The notes: a model not told the origin generated them from the sequence alone. DNA of 64,000 nt from Methanobacteriota archaeon (GCA_963720465.1 OY970393.1:832001-896000); one strand, 5' to 3'; shown: positions 51,034 through 61,578, numbered from the stretch's first letter. Numbers and translations are program-made.

Positions 51034-52128
51034 CTAATCAATGCCGCAGGTGTCACAGCCAGATTCTATGTCAGTTGTTTCTTCGATTTCGCCCGCGTTG
51101 CCCAAGTCTGATGCGCTGAGATCATTCAGGCTGGACACCACTCGGGCGCCGGTCACCTTAGAAATCGTCTCAATGTCCTCGCGTTTCACGTTCTCCACTG
51201 CCATCACGTTATTACGCGAAAAGTGCCATTGGAGTAGATCGTCGATACCCTTCTGGCAAAAGACGACGTTAGCACCGCTTGCCAAGATCTTGTCAGCCTT
51301 CTCGATCAGCGCTTCATGATCGCGTTCCATGAAAAGTTTCATTTGCGTTGGATCTTTTATTTTGATTTTGGCATCGGTCTTTGTTTTGGTAAGCTCGAGT
51401 GGTTGGTCATACACAAGGATGCGCGCATCGCATACTTTTCGCGGCATTCCCTCGGCAGCGCGTTCCTTGTCGACAACAACGCCTTCTACGAGTTCTGAAT
51501 CGGAAACAGAACCGGAAAGTTTCTTTTCAATTCTGATGTCATCCTCGTCGACCTTGTACGTGTTGTTGACTTTTTGCGCGACCATTTTCACCGCTTCAAC
51601 AACGAGCTGCGGAAGTATCTCAGTGCCCACGTCAGTGCCTTTGCCCGTGAGCGCCGTCTTTGCAATCTTCTTCAGCAGATCGTCATCGCGAATCGAAACG
51701 TTGCGCGACAGCAGTTCGGCGATCTCAATCGCTTTTTCTGCGGCGAGGCCGTAGCCTTTCTCTATAACCGTGGGGTGGATGTCTTGATCGAGCAATTCTT
51801 CTGCGTTTTTCAGCAATTCCCCAGCCAAGATAACCGCCGTTGTTGTCCCGTCGCCCACTTCATCATCCTGCGTTTTAGCGACTTCAACCATCATCTTAGC
51901 TGCTGGATGCTCAATATCCATCTCCTTCAATATCGTCGCGCCGTCGTTCGTTATAACCACGTCGCCCATCGAATCAACGAGCATCTTGTCCATGCCTTTC
52001 GGTCCGAGCGTAGTTCGCACTGATTCAGCTACGGCCCTGCTCGCGGTAAAATTCATTGACTGGGCTTCCCTGCCCTTCGTCCTTTGTGTTCCTTCGCGTA
52101 GAATGAGAATAGGTTGACCACCAATCAC
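51034..52128 (-). CDS. thermosome (group II chaperonin) N-terminal part
   Basis: [40 protein letters not shown]; GTG start after GGAGGT; ends ...[16 protein letters not shown]. Confidence 0.88.
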   Translation of the reverse strand: MIGGQPILILREGTQRTKGREAQSMNFTASRAVAESVRTTLGPKGMDKMLVDSMGDVVITNDGATILKEMDIEHPAAKMMVEVAKTQDDEVGDGTTTAVILAGELLKNAEELLDQDIHPTVIEKGYGLAAEKAIEIAELLSRNVSIRDDDLLKKIAKTALTGKGTDVGTEILPQLVVEAVKMVAQKVNNTYKVDEDDIRIEKKLSGSVSDSELVEGVVVDKERAAEGMPRKVCDARILVYDQPLELTKTKTDAKIKIKDPTQMKLFMERDHEALIEKADKILASGANVVFCQKGIDDLLQWHFSRNNVMAVENVKREDIETISKVTGARVVSSLNDLSASDLGNAGEIEETTDIESGCDTCGID

Positions 52129-52163
52129 TGTGCTAACCTCCGAAATTACTAGAGTTGTTGTTC

Positions 52164-52172
52164 TATATAAAA
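52164..52172 (-). promoter_or_regulatory. TATA box of the thermosome gene
   Basis: TTTTATATA about 35 nt upstream of the GTG. Confidence 0.65.
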
Positions 52173-52939
52173 GTTCTCTGAGTGGGCACCGCGTCGGTGA
52201 AAAAACCGGACAAACAGCGTCCTTGAAAGCGCAGGTTAAAACGACCCGATCAGTAATTGCCTCCAAGATATGCAGGGTGGTAGCATTGAGCTTCAATCGT
52301 GCTGGTATGGGATGCACCGCAGCTGCACGGCCACACGTCATCGTTGCCAAACCACGCTACCGCGATAAGCGGGCAGATGACGACTCCAAGCGTACCGAGA
52401 GAGCGTTCGAAGCCGAATGACCCCCCATGCCGAGGCTCTTTGACTCGGAAACAATAGCATAACGCGCCCTTCGCTGACGCCCTCACAAGGCGATCAACGA
52501 ACTGTATTGCCAAGACGTGCTGCCACGCAGTTGCTAATGCAAGCAAGGGCTTCGACATTGCTGCGATGGTTTAGCCGGAGTACACGAGGGACTTGCGTTT
52601 CCCGAATCTGTCTAAGAGGAACACGGAAATTATCTTTGCATCCTTGCGGTGCTTTTCGACGCATTCTATGAGATCAATGTCAATGAACGCCGCTCCCAGG
52701 AGGTTAACAAGAAAAAGAGGAATGAGCGGATAGATCTTCTCCGCGCTCATTTTGGCGAGCAGACTCACGAGCCAAGGATTGCGACGTTCAAGCTAATCCT
52801 AAAAACGAGAGCTCCTTTAGAGCCTCCTCCTGAACATCTGCACAGGGCTTAGCTTTTCGGATTTGAAAACTGTCTAAGGATAAGAAGGCGTCCATTAGCG
52901 ATAAGATTAAGATTGTGCAGCATAAAACATATTGGAATC

Positions 52940-54217
52940 ATGTTCGAAATCGAAGGAGTTTTAGGAAGACAAGTCCTTGATTCGCGCGGAAATCCCACAG
53001 TGGAGGTGGAAGTTTTCACAGGCTGCGGCTTTGGCCGGGCGATCGTGCCGTCCGGCGCGTCCACTGGATCGAACGAAGCGCTTGAACTTCGAGACAACGA
53101 ATCGGATTTCGGCGGAAAAACCGTGTTACGAGCAGTCAATAACGTCAACACAGTAATTGCGGAAGAAGTCTTCGGCATGGACGTGAGGGCCCAGCGCAAC
53201 GTCGATATGGCGTTGAACGATCTCGACGGGACCCCAAATAAGTCAAATCTCGGGGCAAATGCCATTCTCGGGGTGTCAATGGCAGTTGCTCGAGCAGCGG
53301 CAAATTCCGCGAACATGCACCTTTACGAGTACCTAGGCGGCCCAAATGCGTGCACGTTGCCCGTGCCGTTAATGAACGTGATTAACGGAGGGGCGCACGC
53401 GGGCAACGCTTTGTCTATCCAGGAGTTTTTTATCATACCAATGGCAGCCGAGACATTTTCTGACGCCCTCAGAATGGGCGTCGAGACTTATCACGAACTC
53501 AAGCACGTCTTACAAACACAGTACGGACAGGGAGCGTCGAACGTAGGAGACGAGGGCGGTTTCGCGCCGGCACTGTCCTTATCTTCTGAGGCACTTGATG
53601 CGATCATGACGGCCGTCAGCAACGCAGGCTATGATCAAGAGATGCGCCTCGGCGTGGACTGCGCCGCGTCAGAGTTCTACGACAAGACGACACAAACCTA
53701 TCTGATGGATGGAAAAAGACTCTCGCCTGCAGAGCTAAGCGAGTACTACGAGGACCTGGTGGACCGATATCCGGTAATACTGATTGAGGATCCCTTTAAC
53801 GAGAATGCGTTTGAAGACTTCGCCTATATAACCTCCCGACTGGCCGGCACGACCATCGTCGGCGACGATTTATTCGTGACGAACGTCGACCGACTTTCCA
53901 AAGGGATAAAGCTGGAGGCCGCAAACGCTTTGCTCCTCAAGCTGAACCAGATTGGGACGATGTCAGAAGCCTTCGACGCCGCGACCCTAGCATTTCGGAA
54001 CGGATATTCGGTAGTCGTTAGTCACAGATCGGGAGAGACCGAAGACACAACGATTGCAGACGTTGCAGTTGCATTGGGCTCAGACTTCATCAAAACAGGT
54101 GCTCCGGCGCGGAGCGAACGCAATGCAAAGTATAATCAGCTTTTAAGGATTCAAGAATTCCTCGGAGATGCTGCCTTATATAGAGGTCGAAATCTGCAGC
54201 TTAATCCACGCCTGTAA
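52940..54217 (+). CDS. eno: enolase
   Basis: DSRGNPTVEV, PSGASTG, GDEGGFAP, GDDLFVTN, SHRSGETED, RSER.AKYN. Confidence 0.97.
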   Translation: MFEIEGVLGRQVLDSRGNPTVEVEVFTGCGFGRAIVPSGASTGSNEALELRDNESDFGGKTVLRAVNNVNTVIAEEVFGMDVRAQRNVDMALNDLDGTPNKSNLGANAILGVSMAVARAAANSANMHLYEYLGGPNACTLPVPLMNVINGGAHAGNALSIQEFFIIPMAAETFSDALRMGVETYHELKHVLQTQYGQGASNVGDEGGFAPALSLSSEALDAIMTAVSNAGYDQEMRLGVDCAASEFYDKTTQTYLMDGKRLSPAELSEYYEDLVDRYPVILIEDPFNENAFEDFAYITSRLAGTTIVGDDLFVTNVDRLSKGIKLEAANALLLKLNQIGTMSEAFDAATLAFRNGYSVVVSHRSGETEDTTIADVAVALGSDFIKTGAPARSERNAKYNQLLRIQEFLGDAALYRGRNLQLNPRL

Positions 54218-54569
54218 CACCTCGCAAGGTAACGGCACGCAACATTGCTCGAGGCGCACATCCCTGCTAGTGTCGAAGCAGAGCGTCTCTGGGACCTGTC
54301 GTTTCAGCTGACCTAGTGGCGCTCTAGCGGTCGAAGCAACGCAAACTGTTAGGGTCACGAACCGAGGGACCCGTGGCAACACATCCCGGTTCTCTGGCAA
54401 GAAGCGCAATTAGTCTCAGTACGCGTTATTCTGCAAGAAACGCCCCGAACCGCACGCATCAAGTGGAGTAACGCATCGGCGCCAGCGGTTGTTAGCTAGC
54501 GACGAACGATAGAGAGACCATATCGAAGGCTACTTGTATACTCAGCACACTTGTCGGAACTGACAATCC

Positions 54570-55244
54570 ATGCCAAAACTAGCCGCGCTCCTTCTCGCAA
54601 TCCTGTGTGTGGCGTTTCTTGCAGCGTCCTGCGTGACGGCGGCTTTTTGGGCCGGAACAGCGCCGAGCAGCAAGGCATCCGCGCAGACTGTGGTCGACTC
54701 GCAGTCGAGTCACCTCACGAAAATGGGCGTCGCCGGCCAAACGCACAAAAGCCTAGAACCGACGCCTCGCATAAGCACGACTTCAGGGCGACGCGTGTTG
54801 GCATTGCAATCAGCTGCCATTACTAACGCTACTGAAGCGAGTAACCTTCTGACGGCGAACAATACAACTCGCATCATCGTCCCAATTTCAACAGCCAAAA
54901 ACGCTTCCAATGCAGGCGTGCAGAATAACAACGGATTCACGTTTCCAGCCTGGTTATGGATCTGGGGACCGATTCTCATTCTCGTGATTATTCTCACGTT
55001 TCTTTTGTTTCGACTACTTCGCGAAGGCAACGGCGAACCGCCGGCTGGCAACACGCGACGCCCCGCCGCAACGCAATATCCGTCAGAAACCGGCAAAGCG
55101 CGGCCGCGGCAAATTCCGATAGAAGGGGCAGAAACTGAGGCGGAGCTGACAGACAAATCGCGCAGCCGTGCGAAAGATCAGAAGGTGAAGATACCTATAG
55201 AGACGCCTGACGAACCGCGAGAGACGGAAGAAAAATCACAGTGA
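54570..55244 (+). CDS. hypothetical membrane/secreted protein
   Basis: Hydrophobic N-terminal signal, T/N-rich spacer with N-x-S/T sequons, second TM helix, charged tail. Confidence 0.6.
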   Translation: MPKLAALLLAILCVAFLAASCVTAAFWAGTAPSSKASAQTVVDSQSSHLTKMGVAGQTHKSLEPTPRISTTSGRRVLALQSAAITNATEASNLLTANNTTRIIVPISTAKNASNAGVQNNNGFTFPAWLWIWGPILILVIILTFLLFRLLREGNGEPPAGNTRRPAATQYPSETGKARPRQIPIEGAETEAELTDKSRSRAKDQKVKIPIETPDEPRETEEKSQ

Positions 55245-55672
55245 CACGCGATCTGAGACCGAAACAGAGATAGAACGATACCCGGACTTATCAGAATAGG
55301 AGCTCCTGCCGATCGGTCAAACCCGCGTGCCTCACCAATGCTTTTGAGTATAGGCCGTCCGACGTGTGTGAGCGGTATCGCACCTCGATGCCGTGACAAG
55401 GAAGAAAGTCCTTGTACCGCGAGCGAACGGGGTTACTTGTTGCCATAGAACGTGGAACGTTCAGCTGTGTCTAACTTGAACAGCCGGGGACTTGAGCTTC
55501 TTCGCGCCCGCAGAGCATCTGCAGAAGCCGTTCTACGCTGTGAATCTCAGATGAGGGTGCATCGATTTCTTCTAGAAGAGACAGCATTTCGCTGCGAAAC
55601 GCTTCCCATGTTCTTTCTTAAGCGGTCATCAAAAAGTAGTTTATTGTACGTGACAAATATTAGTATGGGAAG

Positions 55673-56506
55673 ATGTCGAGAGTCTTCAAGGAACCAGCAG
55701 ATGGCGCTGCAAAGTACGATTTTGTAGCAAGGGCACTCGATCAATTCAGCGATAAAATCGCCTCAGCGTCGTCAATTTTCATCAAACCGAATCTTGTTTC
55801 GAAAGAGGCGTACCCGACCACCACCGATCCGCAGCTTCTCGATACGGTCCTACAGTACCTCCCTGACCACGCCCTAACAGTAGCAGATGGTCCTGCGTTT
55901 GATGCCCCCCTCAACGCATTTTTCGATCGAAAGACGCGTGGTGTAACCAAGCATCATGCGCTGAAGCGCGTGTGCGATGAACACGGCGTTGACTTCGTCA
56001 ATCTTAACAAGGGTCCGTTTGCGAAAAGGCGCAGCGACCGTGGGTTTAGCATCTCTCTTTCTACAGTCCCAGGGTCGTTCGATTTGAAGATCTCACTGCC
56101 TGTGCTAAAAACGCACTCCATTTGCACGCTGACAGGAGCCGTGAAGAACCAATTTGGATTGGTTAGACCGACAGAACGCGTGCGCTTGCACGCTAGCGGC
56201 TTGAATCTGCACAAAAGCATCGCCGAAGCGGCGCTGCTCGAACCGTTCGATATCTTCATAGTCGATGCAGTAGAGACACTCGTCGATGCTCAAGAGCTGC
56301 GTCACGGCGGCAGGAAAGCGCATCTCGGCTACGTGCTTGCGGGAACGGACCCCGTAGCAATCGACTGCGCGGGTCTTGAGCTTTTGAGAACGGTCGATGG
56401 AAGGCTGGCAGGCAAGACGATTGATAACATCCCCCATCTGGCTTTTGCAGAAAGTTATGGGTTAGGAGAGAGGCGACACGAATGCATGGAGCTAATGGGA
56501 ACTTAG
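55673..56506 (+). CDS. DUF362 family protein
   Basis: FIKPNLV, TTDP, LPVLKTH, LTGAVKNQFG, DPVAID. Confidence 0.85.
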   Translation: MSRVFKEPADGAAKYDFVARALDQFSDKIASASSIFIKPNLVSKEAYPTTTDPQLLDTVLQYLPDHALTVADGPAFDAPLNAFFDRKTRGVTKHHALKRVCDEHGVDFVNLNKGPFAKRRSDRGFSISLSTVPGSFDLKISLPVLKTHSICTLTGAVKNQFGLVRPTERVRLHASGLNLHKSIAEAALLEPFDIFIVDAVETLVDAQELRHGGRKAHLGYVLAGTDPVAIDCAGLELLRTVDGRLAGKTIDNIPHLAFAESYGLGERRHECMELMGT

Positions 56507-57528
56507 ATTTCTTTTGGGTGGAGAAATACCGGCCGCAATCGTTCGAGGAGATTCTGGGCCAACCGGTTGTCAAGATTCAGCTACGGCGCATTGTCGACAC
56601 CAAGAACTTGCCTAACCTGCTCCTCTTTGGCCCTCCGGGGACAGGCAAGAGTTCAGCTGCCGAAGTTGTCGCGAGAGAGCTTTTCGGCGACGTATGGGAG
56701 GGCAACTTCACCGAGATCAACGCCTCAGATATCTTTGAACAAGGGAGGAAGTACCTCGAAGCGTCACGCAGCTTGGCACGTTTTTACGACGAGCGCAAGG
56801 GTGTGCTCGACAATTTCAAGCTGATCATGAACCGGCTTGCCGGAATCGCTCCGCTAGCTGCGCCGTACCGAATTCTGTTTATAAACGATGCCGAATCCTT
56901 GACGCTGGACGCTCAGCAGGCTCTGCGAAGAATAATCGAACGGTACAGTCGGACCTGCAAGTTCATCCTGGCTACCGCGCGCCCGTCGCAAATTATTATA
57001 CCCATTAGATCGCGCTGTTTGCCGTTACACTTCACACAGCTCCCCGCTGACGTGATGCTCGACTTTCTGCGACGAATCTCGATAGAAGAGGGGCACGCGT
57101 TGTCGGACGAGTGCAGCCGCTCGATTGTGGGTCTTAGTGAAGGCAGTCTTCGAACAGCGCTGACGCTGCTCCAGCTCGTCACAGAGGGCAATTCTTCTGA
57201 GGCTCACCCGCTCAACTTGAGCATCCTCGCCGAGCGCGTGCACCCTGAAGGAGTTTCAGAGCTCTTGCAGCTGGCCTTACAAAACGATACGCCCAAGGCC
57301 AGGCACGTGCTCGATCGTCTGTTGCTCGAGACCGGTCTAAGCGGCGGCGAAATTATCACTCAAATGCGGATTCAAGCCCGGCGCATGTCACTAACTGAAG
57401 AGGCACTCGCTCAGCTCCTCGTAGTTCTAGGCGACGCCGAGTACGCTCTCCTTGATGCGCTTAACGAGAGAATTCAGCTCGAGGCGCTCATCTATGACAT
57501 CGCCTCCTCGGTGCCTACAAGCGGCTAG
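56482..57528 (+). CDS. replication factor C small subunit paralog
   Basis: WVEKYRP, GPPGTGKS, AQQALRR.IE, IRSRC; degenerate Walker B (INDAE). Confidence 0.88.
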   Translation: MHGANGNLDFFWVEKYRPQSFEEILGQPVVKIQLRRIVDTKNLPNLLLFGPPGTGKSSAAEVVARELFGDVWEGNFTEINASDIFEQGRKYLEASRSLARFYDERKGVLDNFKLIMNRLAGIAPLAAPYRILFINDAESLTLDAQQALRRIIERYSRTCKFILATARPSQIIIPIRSRCLPLHFTQLPADVMLDFLRRISIEEGHALSDECSRSIVGLSEGSLRTALTLLQLVTEGNSSEAHPLNLSILAERVHPEGVSELLQLALQNDTPKARHVLDRLLLETGLSGGEIITQMRIQARRMSLTEEALAQLLVVLGDAEYALLDALNERIQLEALIYDIASSVPTSG

Positions 57529-57797
57529 TGCTTCGAATCGGCACAGTTGACCTTAGAAAGTGCCGTGTCGCGGTCCGGCACGCCGACAAACTCCACTTTC
57601 TTATCGATCAGTGTAGTTGGAACGCTTCGGATGCTGTACTGGCGAATTAGTTGGAGGCCCTCCGGCGTATAGACCTCAATGTCCTTGTAGTCAAAATCAC
57701 AGCTCTGGTGCAGTTCCTCCCAGAAGCTTCTCGCCATCGGACAGACCGGGCAGCCTTTATGAGTAAGCAGTATTACTTCTGTCATTTCGTGCTCCAC
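57525..57797 (-). CDS. thioredoxin/glutaredoxin-like protein
   Basis: CPVC, SVPT, FVGVP. Confidence 0.85.
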   Translation of the reverse strand: MEHEMTEVILLTHKGCPVCPMARSFWEELHQSCDFDYKDIEVYTPEGLQLIRQYSIRSVPTTLIDKKVEFVGVPDRDTALSKVNCADSKH

Positions 57798-57878
57798 GCT
57801 CTACTACGCGATTACTTGGATATGAAACTTTCACCGGCGGGCGTCGCTGTCGTCAGGCCGGCTTGAGCGCGGAACAAG

Positions 57879-58988
57879 TCAGAAATTTTGATTGCTAACT
57901 CGATTGACGGCTTCCAGCAAGCGCGCGTTTTCCGGCTTTGTCCTAACCGCTATCCGTATATAGTCGTCTCCGGTCAATCGAAACGACTGACAGTCCCGTA
58001 CCAAGAATCCGCACCGCCTCATCTCACGGGCAAAGTTAGTCGATGAGAGCGACGTGCCTGCGACGTTGACCATAATGAAGTTGGCGTCGCTTTCGAGCGG
58101 GCGCAGCCCTGGTATTTTTTTGAGTTCACGAGTGAGCCAGCGCCGCTGTGCAGCTATTTTCTCGCGCGAGGCATCAAGGTAGGGTTTGCAATCCTTGAGC
58201 AGAGCGACCGTGACTCCATCCGCGATAGAGTTGAGGTTCCACGGAACCCGTATGCTGTTTAATACGTTCGCAAGCTCAGGGTTGGTTATGCCGTAGCTGG
58301 CCCGAATACCGGGGATTGCGAACGACTTAGTGAGGGATCTAAGGACAAACGCTTCGTCGAGATTCTCAGTCGCGACGCTTTGTCGCGGGTCTGAGAGTTC
58401 GATGAAGACTTCATCAACGAGCAGGAAGGCATTTGTCGCGTGACACTTGAGCGCGATATCAGTTACCGTTTTCCTTGCAAGCACTTTGCCGGTGGGGTTG
58501 TTCGGATTGCACAAGAACACCATTCGTACGTCTTCCTCATCCAAAGCGCCGAAAAGGTCTCGTTTGAATGCCTGCTCATCCCACGCAGGCACGATTAAGG
58601 GCTCAGCGCCGCTTAAACGGCACGCGAGCTCGTATTCTCCAAAGGTTGGAGCGGGAACTAGCACTTTGTCGCCTTTTTGAAGAAGCGCCCACGCACAGAA
58701 CCGTATCAGTTCGACGGAACCGTTGCCTGGAACGATCCCGTCAGACGGCACCGCGAGGTATTCGCCGACGGCCTCTCTGAAACGCCTGTACGTGTGATCG
58801 GGGTAGTGATAGGCTCCCTTAAGGGCCTCCTTGACCGCAGACTTGGTGCGCGGGTGCAAGTACGGGTTGAGGCTTGCGCTGAAGTCGAGCACGTTCGACA
58901 TTGTTTCTGAGGCTTCTGTAATTCTACCGCCGTGTTCACAGGGCGTAAAATCTTTTAGATCGTCTCGCACGGAAACTCGCATGGTCAA
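57879..58988 (-). CDS. PLP-dependent threonine-phosphate decarboxylase (CobD) / HisC family
   Basis: HGG, DFSASLNP, GNGSVELI, CNPNNPTG, DEVF, RSLTK.F..PG.R. Confidence 0.88.
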   Translation of the reverse strand: MTMRVSVRDDLKDFTPCEHGGRITEASETMSNVLDFSASLNPYLHPRTKSAVKEALKGAYHYPDHTYRRFREAVGEYLAVPSDGIVPGNGSVELIRFCAWALLQKGDKVLVPAPTFGEYELACRLSGAEPLIVPAWDEQAFKRDLFGALDEEDVRMVFLCNPNNPTGKVLARKTVTDIALKCHATNAFLLVDEVFIELSDPRQSVATENLDEAFVLRSLTKSFAIPGIRASYGITNPELANVLNSIRVPWNLNSIADGVTVALLKDCKPYLDASREKIAAQRRWLTRELKKIPGLRPLESDANFIMVNVAGTSLSSTNFAREMRRCGFLVRDCQSFRLTGDDYIRIAVRTKPENARLLEAVNRVSNQNF

Positions 58989-58994
58989 AAGCAG

Positions 58995-60200
58995 TTACAC
59001 CTGTGATCGAGTAAGGAACGGCATGAGCTGCTTTCCGAAGAGGGTATTCAGCCGCCCATGTGGAGCCGATTTCTCGTCATAATGCTGCGCGTGGTCTGCC
59101 TTCACCCCCGCCCCGCAGACCGCTATGGGCACCTCAGTGGTCATGTGATCGTGTGTTACGCACGAAGATCCGTGATCTGAAAGGAGAGCAAAGCGGGTTT
59201 GCGCGATGTCCGTGTGTTCGAGCAAATGGCCAACCATCGCATCAATCTTCTCAATTATGATCAGTTTTCCTTCGACGTTGCCATCGTGACTTGCTTCATC
59301 AGTCCCTTCGACGTGAATAAGGACTATATCGTAGTTATCGAGGTTTTCGAGCGCAATTTTGCCTTTTGCTGCCGTGTCGGTGTCGTATTCGCCAGTCGCT
59401 CCCGGTACGTCGACAAGGTCCATGCCGGAGTATTTGCACACGCCCTTTATGACCGGCGCGGCTGCGACGCACAGGCCCCTGCCATACTTCCTCATGGTTG
59501 GATTCAGCCTCCTTATCTGTCCTACAGCCCAAGGCATGACGACGTTGGCCGGTGGCTTCTGGTCGGTGAGACGCCGCAAATTAAGCGGATGTCGCTTCAA
59601 GACCTCGTTGGTTTTCACCATAAACTCGTTGATGGTTTCCGCCGTGTGGAGCGCTTGAGAGGTTCCGTTTGCTGCCCGCGCCCATATCTGTCTGCCAACG
59701 CCATATTGGGTCGGCAAGCTTACGTCAACGCTAAAATCGTCGTCGCGTAGCACGAGAGCGCCTTTGAAGCCTAGAGTTTGCCTAAAATCGAAAGAGACGG
59801 CGTCGAGTTCCACCATGTCGTTGACGGCGTGCTCAAGCTGCTTAGCTTCATCTCTGATCCGCCCTGCCCTGCCGTCGACGAGCACGAATTGGTTATCTAT
59901 GGTGGCGAGGTTGACCCGAAAGCCCACGTCTGTGGGGCCAAGGGCCAAGCCCGCCCCAAGCGCCTCATACGCCCCACGGTTTGAAGGAGACAGGTTCACG
60001 TCGTGGCCGAGCATCGCCAAATGGGCGGCGTCACTGTCAACCTTGATGCCGGGCCTTATCGCGTAGAACTGACCTATCGAACCCGAACGCACGACGTCAT
60101 CCATATGTGGCGTCTCTGCATACTCGAGCGGAGTCTGGCCTCGGAGCGCCTCGAGCGGCTCATCTGCCATCCCATCTCCGATAATAATGATCAGTTTCAC
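58995..60200 (-). CDS. apgM: archaeal 2,3-BPG-independent phosphoglycerate mutase family protein
   Basis: IIGDGMAD, TPLE.A.TP.MD, SD.AHL, HVEGTDEASHDG, SDH; start reset to GTG 60200. Confidence 0.88.
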   Translation of the reverse strand: MKLIIIIGDGMADEPLEALRGQTPLEYAETPHMDDVVRSGSIGQFYAIRPGIKVDSDAAHLAMLGHDVNLSPSNRGAYEALGAGLALGPTDVGFRVNLATIDNQFVLVDGRAGRIRDEAKQLEHAVNDMVELDAVSFDFRQTLGFKGALVLRDDDFSVDVSLPTQYGVGRQIWARAANGTSQALHTAETINEFMVKTNEVLKRHPLNLRRLTDQKPPANVVMPWAVGQIRRLNPTMRKYGRGLCVAAAPVIKGVCKYSGMDLVDVPGATGEYDTDTAAKGKIALENLDNYDIVLIHVEGTDEASHDGNVEGKLIIIEKIDAMVGHLLEHTDIAQTRFALLSDHGSSCVTHDHMTTEVPIAVCGAGVKADHAQHYDEKSAPHGRLNTLFGKQLMPFLTRSQV

Positions 60201-60550
60201 ATCTAACGGAAGGCAAAAATCAAACAAATACTTTTGCATCGAGGCAGCGACCACTGCGCGGTCGCTCGCTTTTTTTAGCCACGAAGCCGAGCAGGCCGCG
60301 TCTTGGAATCTGCGCTAATGCTCACGTCAGTAATGATCCGATGCAAAAAAAGAGGCGGTTCCGTGAAAATTGGCGCAAGCAAAGTGTAGGCTATCGACAT
60401 CGAGTCAGTGCTTGCACCAGCTTTCTAGAAAAAGCCATTATATTCGAACTCAGGGGATCGATTAAAGTGATGGTGTTTTATACTGTTAGGTACTGCGCGA
60501 CGGTGTGCAAAGGGCTGTCGGCGCCGTGAGCCAAAGAGGAAGAGAAGTTT

Positions 60551-61213
60551 ATGCTTGAGTCGCTGGTTCGGCAACTGAAAAGCAGCGATCCGGCAGTCCG
60601 GACGAAAGCAGCTACCACCCTTGGAAATAGCGGCGAAAAAAGCGCAGTATCGTTTCTTGTAAGAGCGCTTGTCGATGAAAATAGGCACGTTCGCCGAGCC
60701 GCTTCTGCAGGCCTTGGACAAGTGTGGACGGATGAGGCGGTAACGCCCTTATGCACGGCTCTAAACGATACCGACTGGTTTGTCCGATGGAATGCTGCGC
60801 TGGCTCTAGGACTGATATGCGATCCACGAGCCGTCGATCCTCTCATCGACGCTTTGCACGACGCCAATAGGTACGTGCGTCGAAACGCCTCCGAAGCTCT
60901 TGGAAACATCAAAAACGAGAGCGCAACCCGCTGGCTCATTGAGTCGTTGCAGGATCCAGACGTGGACGTCAGGTGGAACGCGGCTGACGCACTCGGAAAA
61001 CTGCGAGACCAGCACGCAACTGATCCTCTCGTTCACGCATTGGGTGACCCGGACGAATTCGTGCGTGAGCGTGCCGCGGACGCGCTCGGCAGAATAAGAG
61101 ATGTACGCGCAGCGGCTGCCTTGCAGGCCGCGCTCAATGACCGCAACGAAGACGTTCGAAAAACTGCGGCGGAAGCGCTCGAAAAAATCGAGCTCAGAGA
61201 CGCGCGATCGTAG
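60551..61213 (+). CDS. HEAT/PBS-lyase repeat protein
   Basis: Six to seven L.D.d..VR..AA.ALG repeats. Confidence 0.92.
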   Translation: MLESLVRQLKSSDPAVRTKAATTLGNSGEKSAVSFLVRALVDENRHVRRAASAGLGQVWTDEAVTPLCTALNDTDWFVRWNAALALGLICDPRAVDPLIDALHDANRYVRRNASEALGNIKNESATRWLIESLQDPDVDVRWNAADALGKLRDQHATDPLVHALGDPDEFVRERAADALGRIRDVRAAAALQAALNDRNEDVRKTAAEALEKIELRDARS

Positions 61214-61254
61214 TCGGGGTTAGGTGCTATGACCGCGTCAATGGTGCGAGATTA

Positions 61255-61578
61255 ATGCGTGCTAAAGACCGCAACGTTTTTAAATATGATTATGCTGTCA
61301 CTACAACAGGAAGCATGGCAGACACTCTGAGCACGATGGCAGAAGTGGACCGCGCCGTCGCAGCGATCAAGCAAATAAAAGAGCGGACCGCGAAGTTGCC
61401 GCCAGTACTCGTAGAAGCTTATAGAGAGACTCTTGAATCGGCTAGCAGCGCAATCGTCCGTCGATTCTTTGAAGGTCTCGCAAATCAATGCCCCGATGCG
61501 TTGGAATACTTCATAGACGTAGACAAACAAAAAAAAGTCGACGACGAGAAGCAAACCAAACTCGATACCATCTCATAA
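61255..61578 (+). CDS. hypothetical protein
   Basis: 107-aa helical ORF following the HEAT gene; no family recognised. Confidence 0.5.
   Translation: MRAKDRNVFKYDYAVTTTGSMADTLSTMAEVDRAVAAIKQIKERTAKLPPVLVEAYRETLESASSAIVRRFFEGLANQCPDALEYFIDVDKQKKVDDEKQTKLDTIS

Noticed and set aside
51022-51036. Pyrrolysine/amber readthrough joining the thermosome halves
   Set aside because: Reading through TAG meets another TAG and then TGA, and the second ORF is in a different frame
52129-52350. N-terminal extension of the thermosome ORF
   Set aside because: Lies upstream of the RBS-supported GTG at 52128 and spans the TATA box
52180-52900. Long intergenic region between thermosome and enolase; short ORFs 52571..52768 and 52250..52558
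   Set aside because: No RBS, family motif or convincing RNA structure recognised by eye
55395-55500. GAAGAAAGTCC resembling the RNase P RNA P4 motif
   Set aside because: No complementary 3' P4 strand (ACAGAA..CGGC..A) or other RNase P elements found
56482-57528. Degenerate Walker B in the RFC small subunit as pseudogenisation
   Set aside because: A second divergent RFC small subunit is established in Methanosarcinales and Halobacteria, and the ORF is intact
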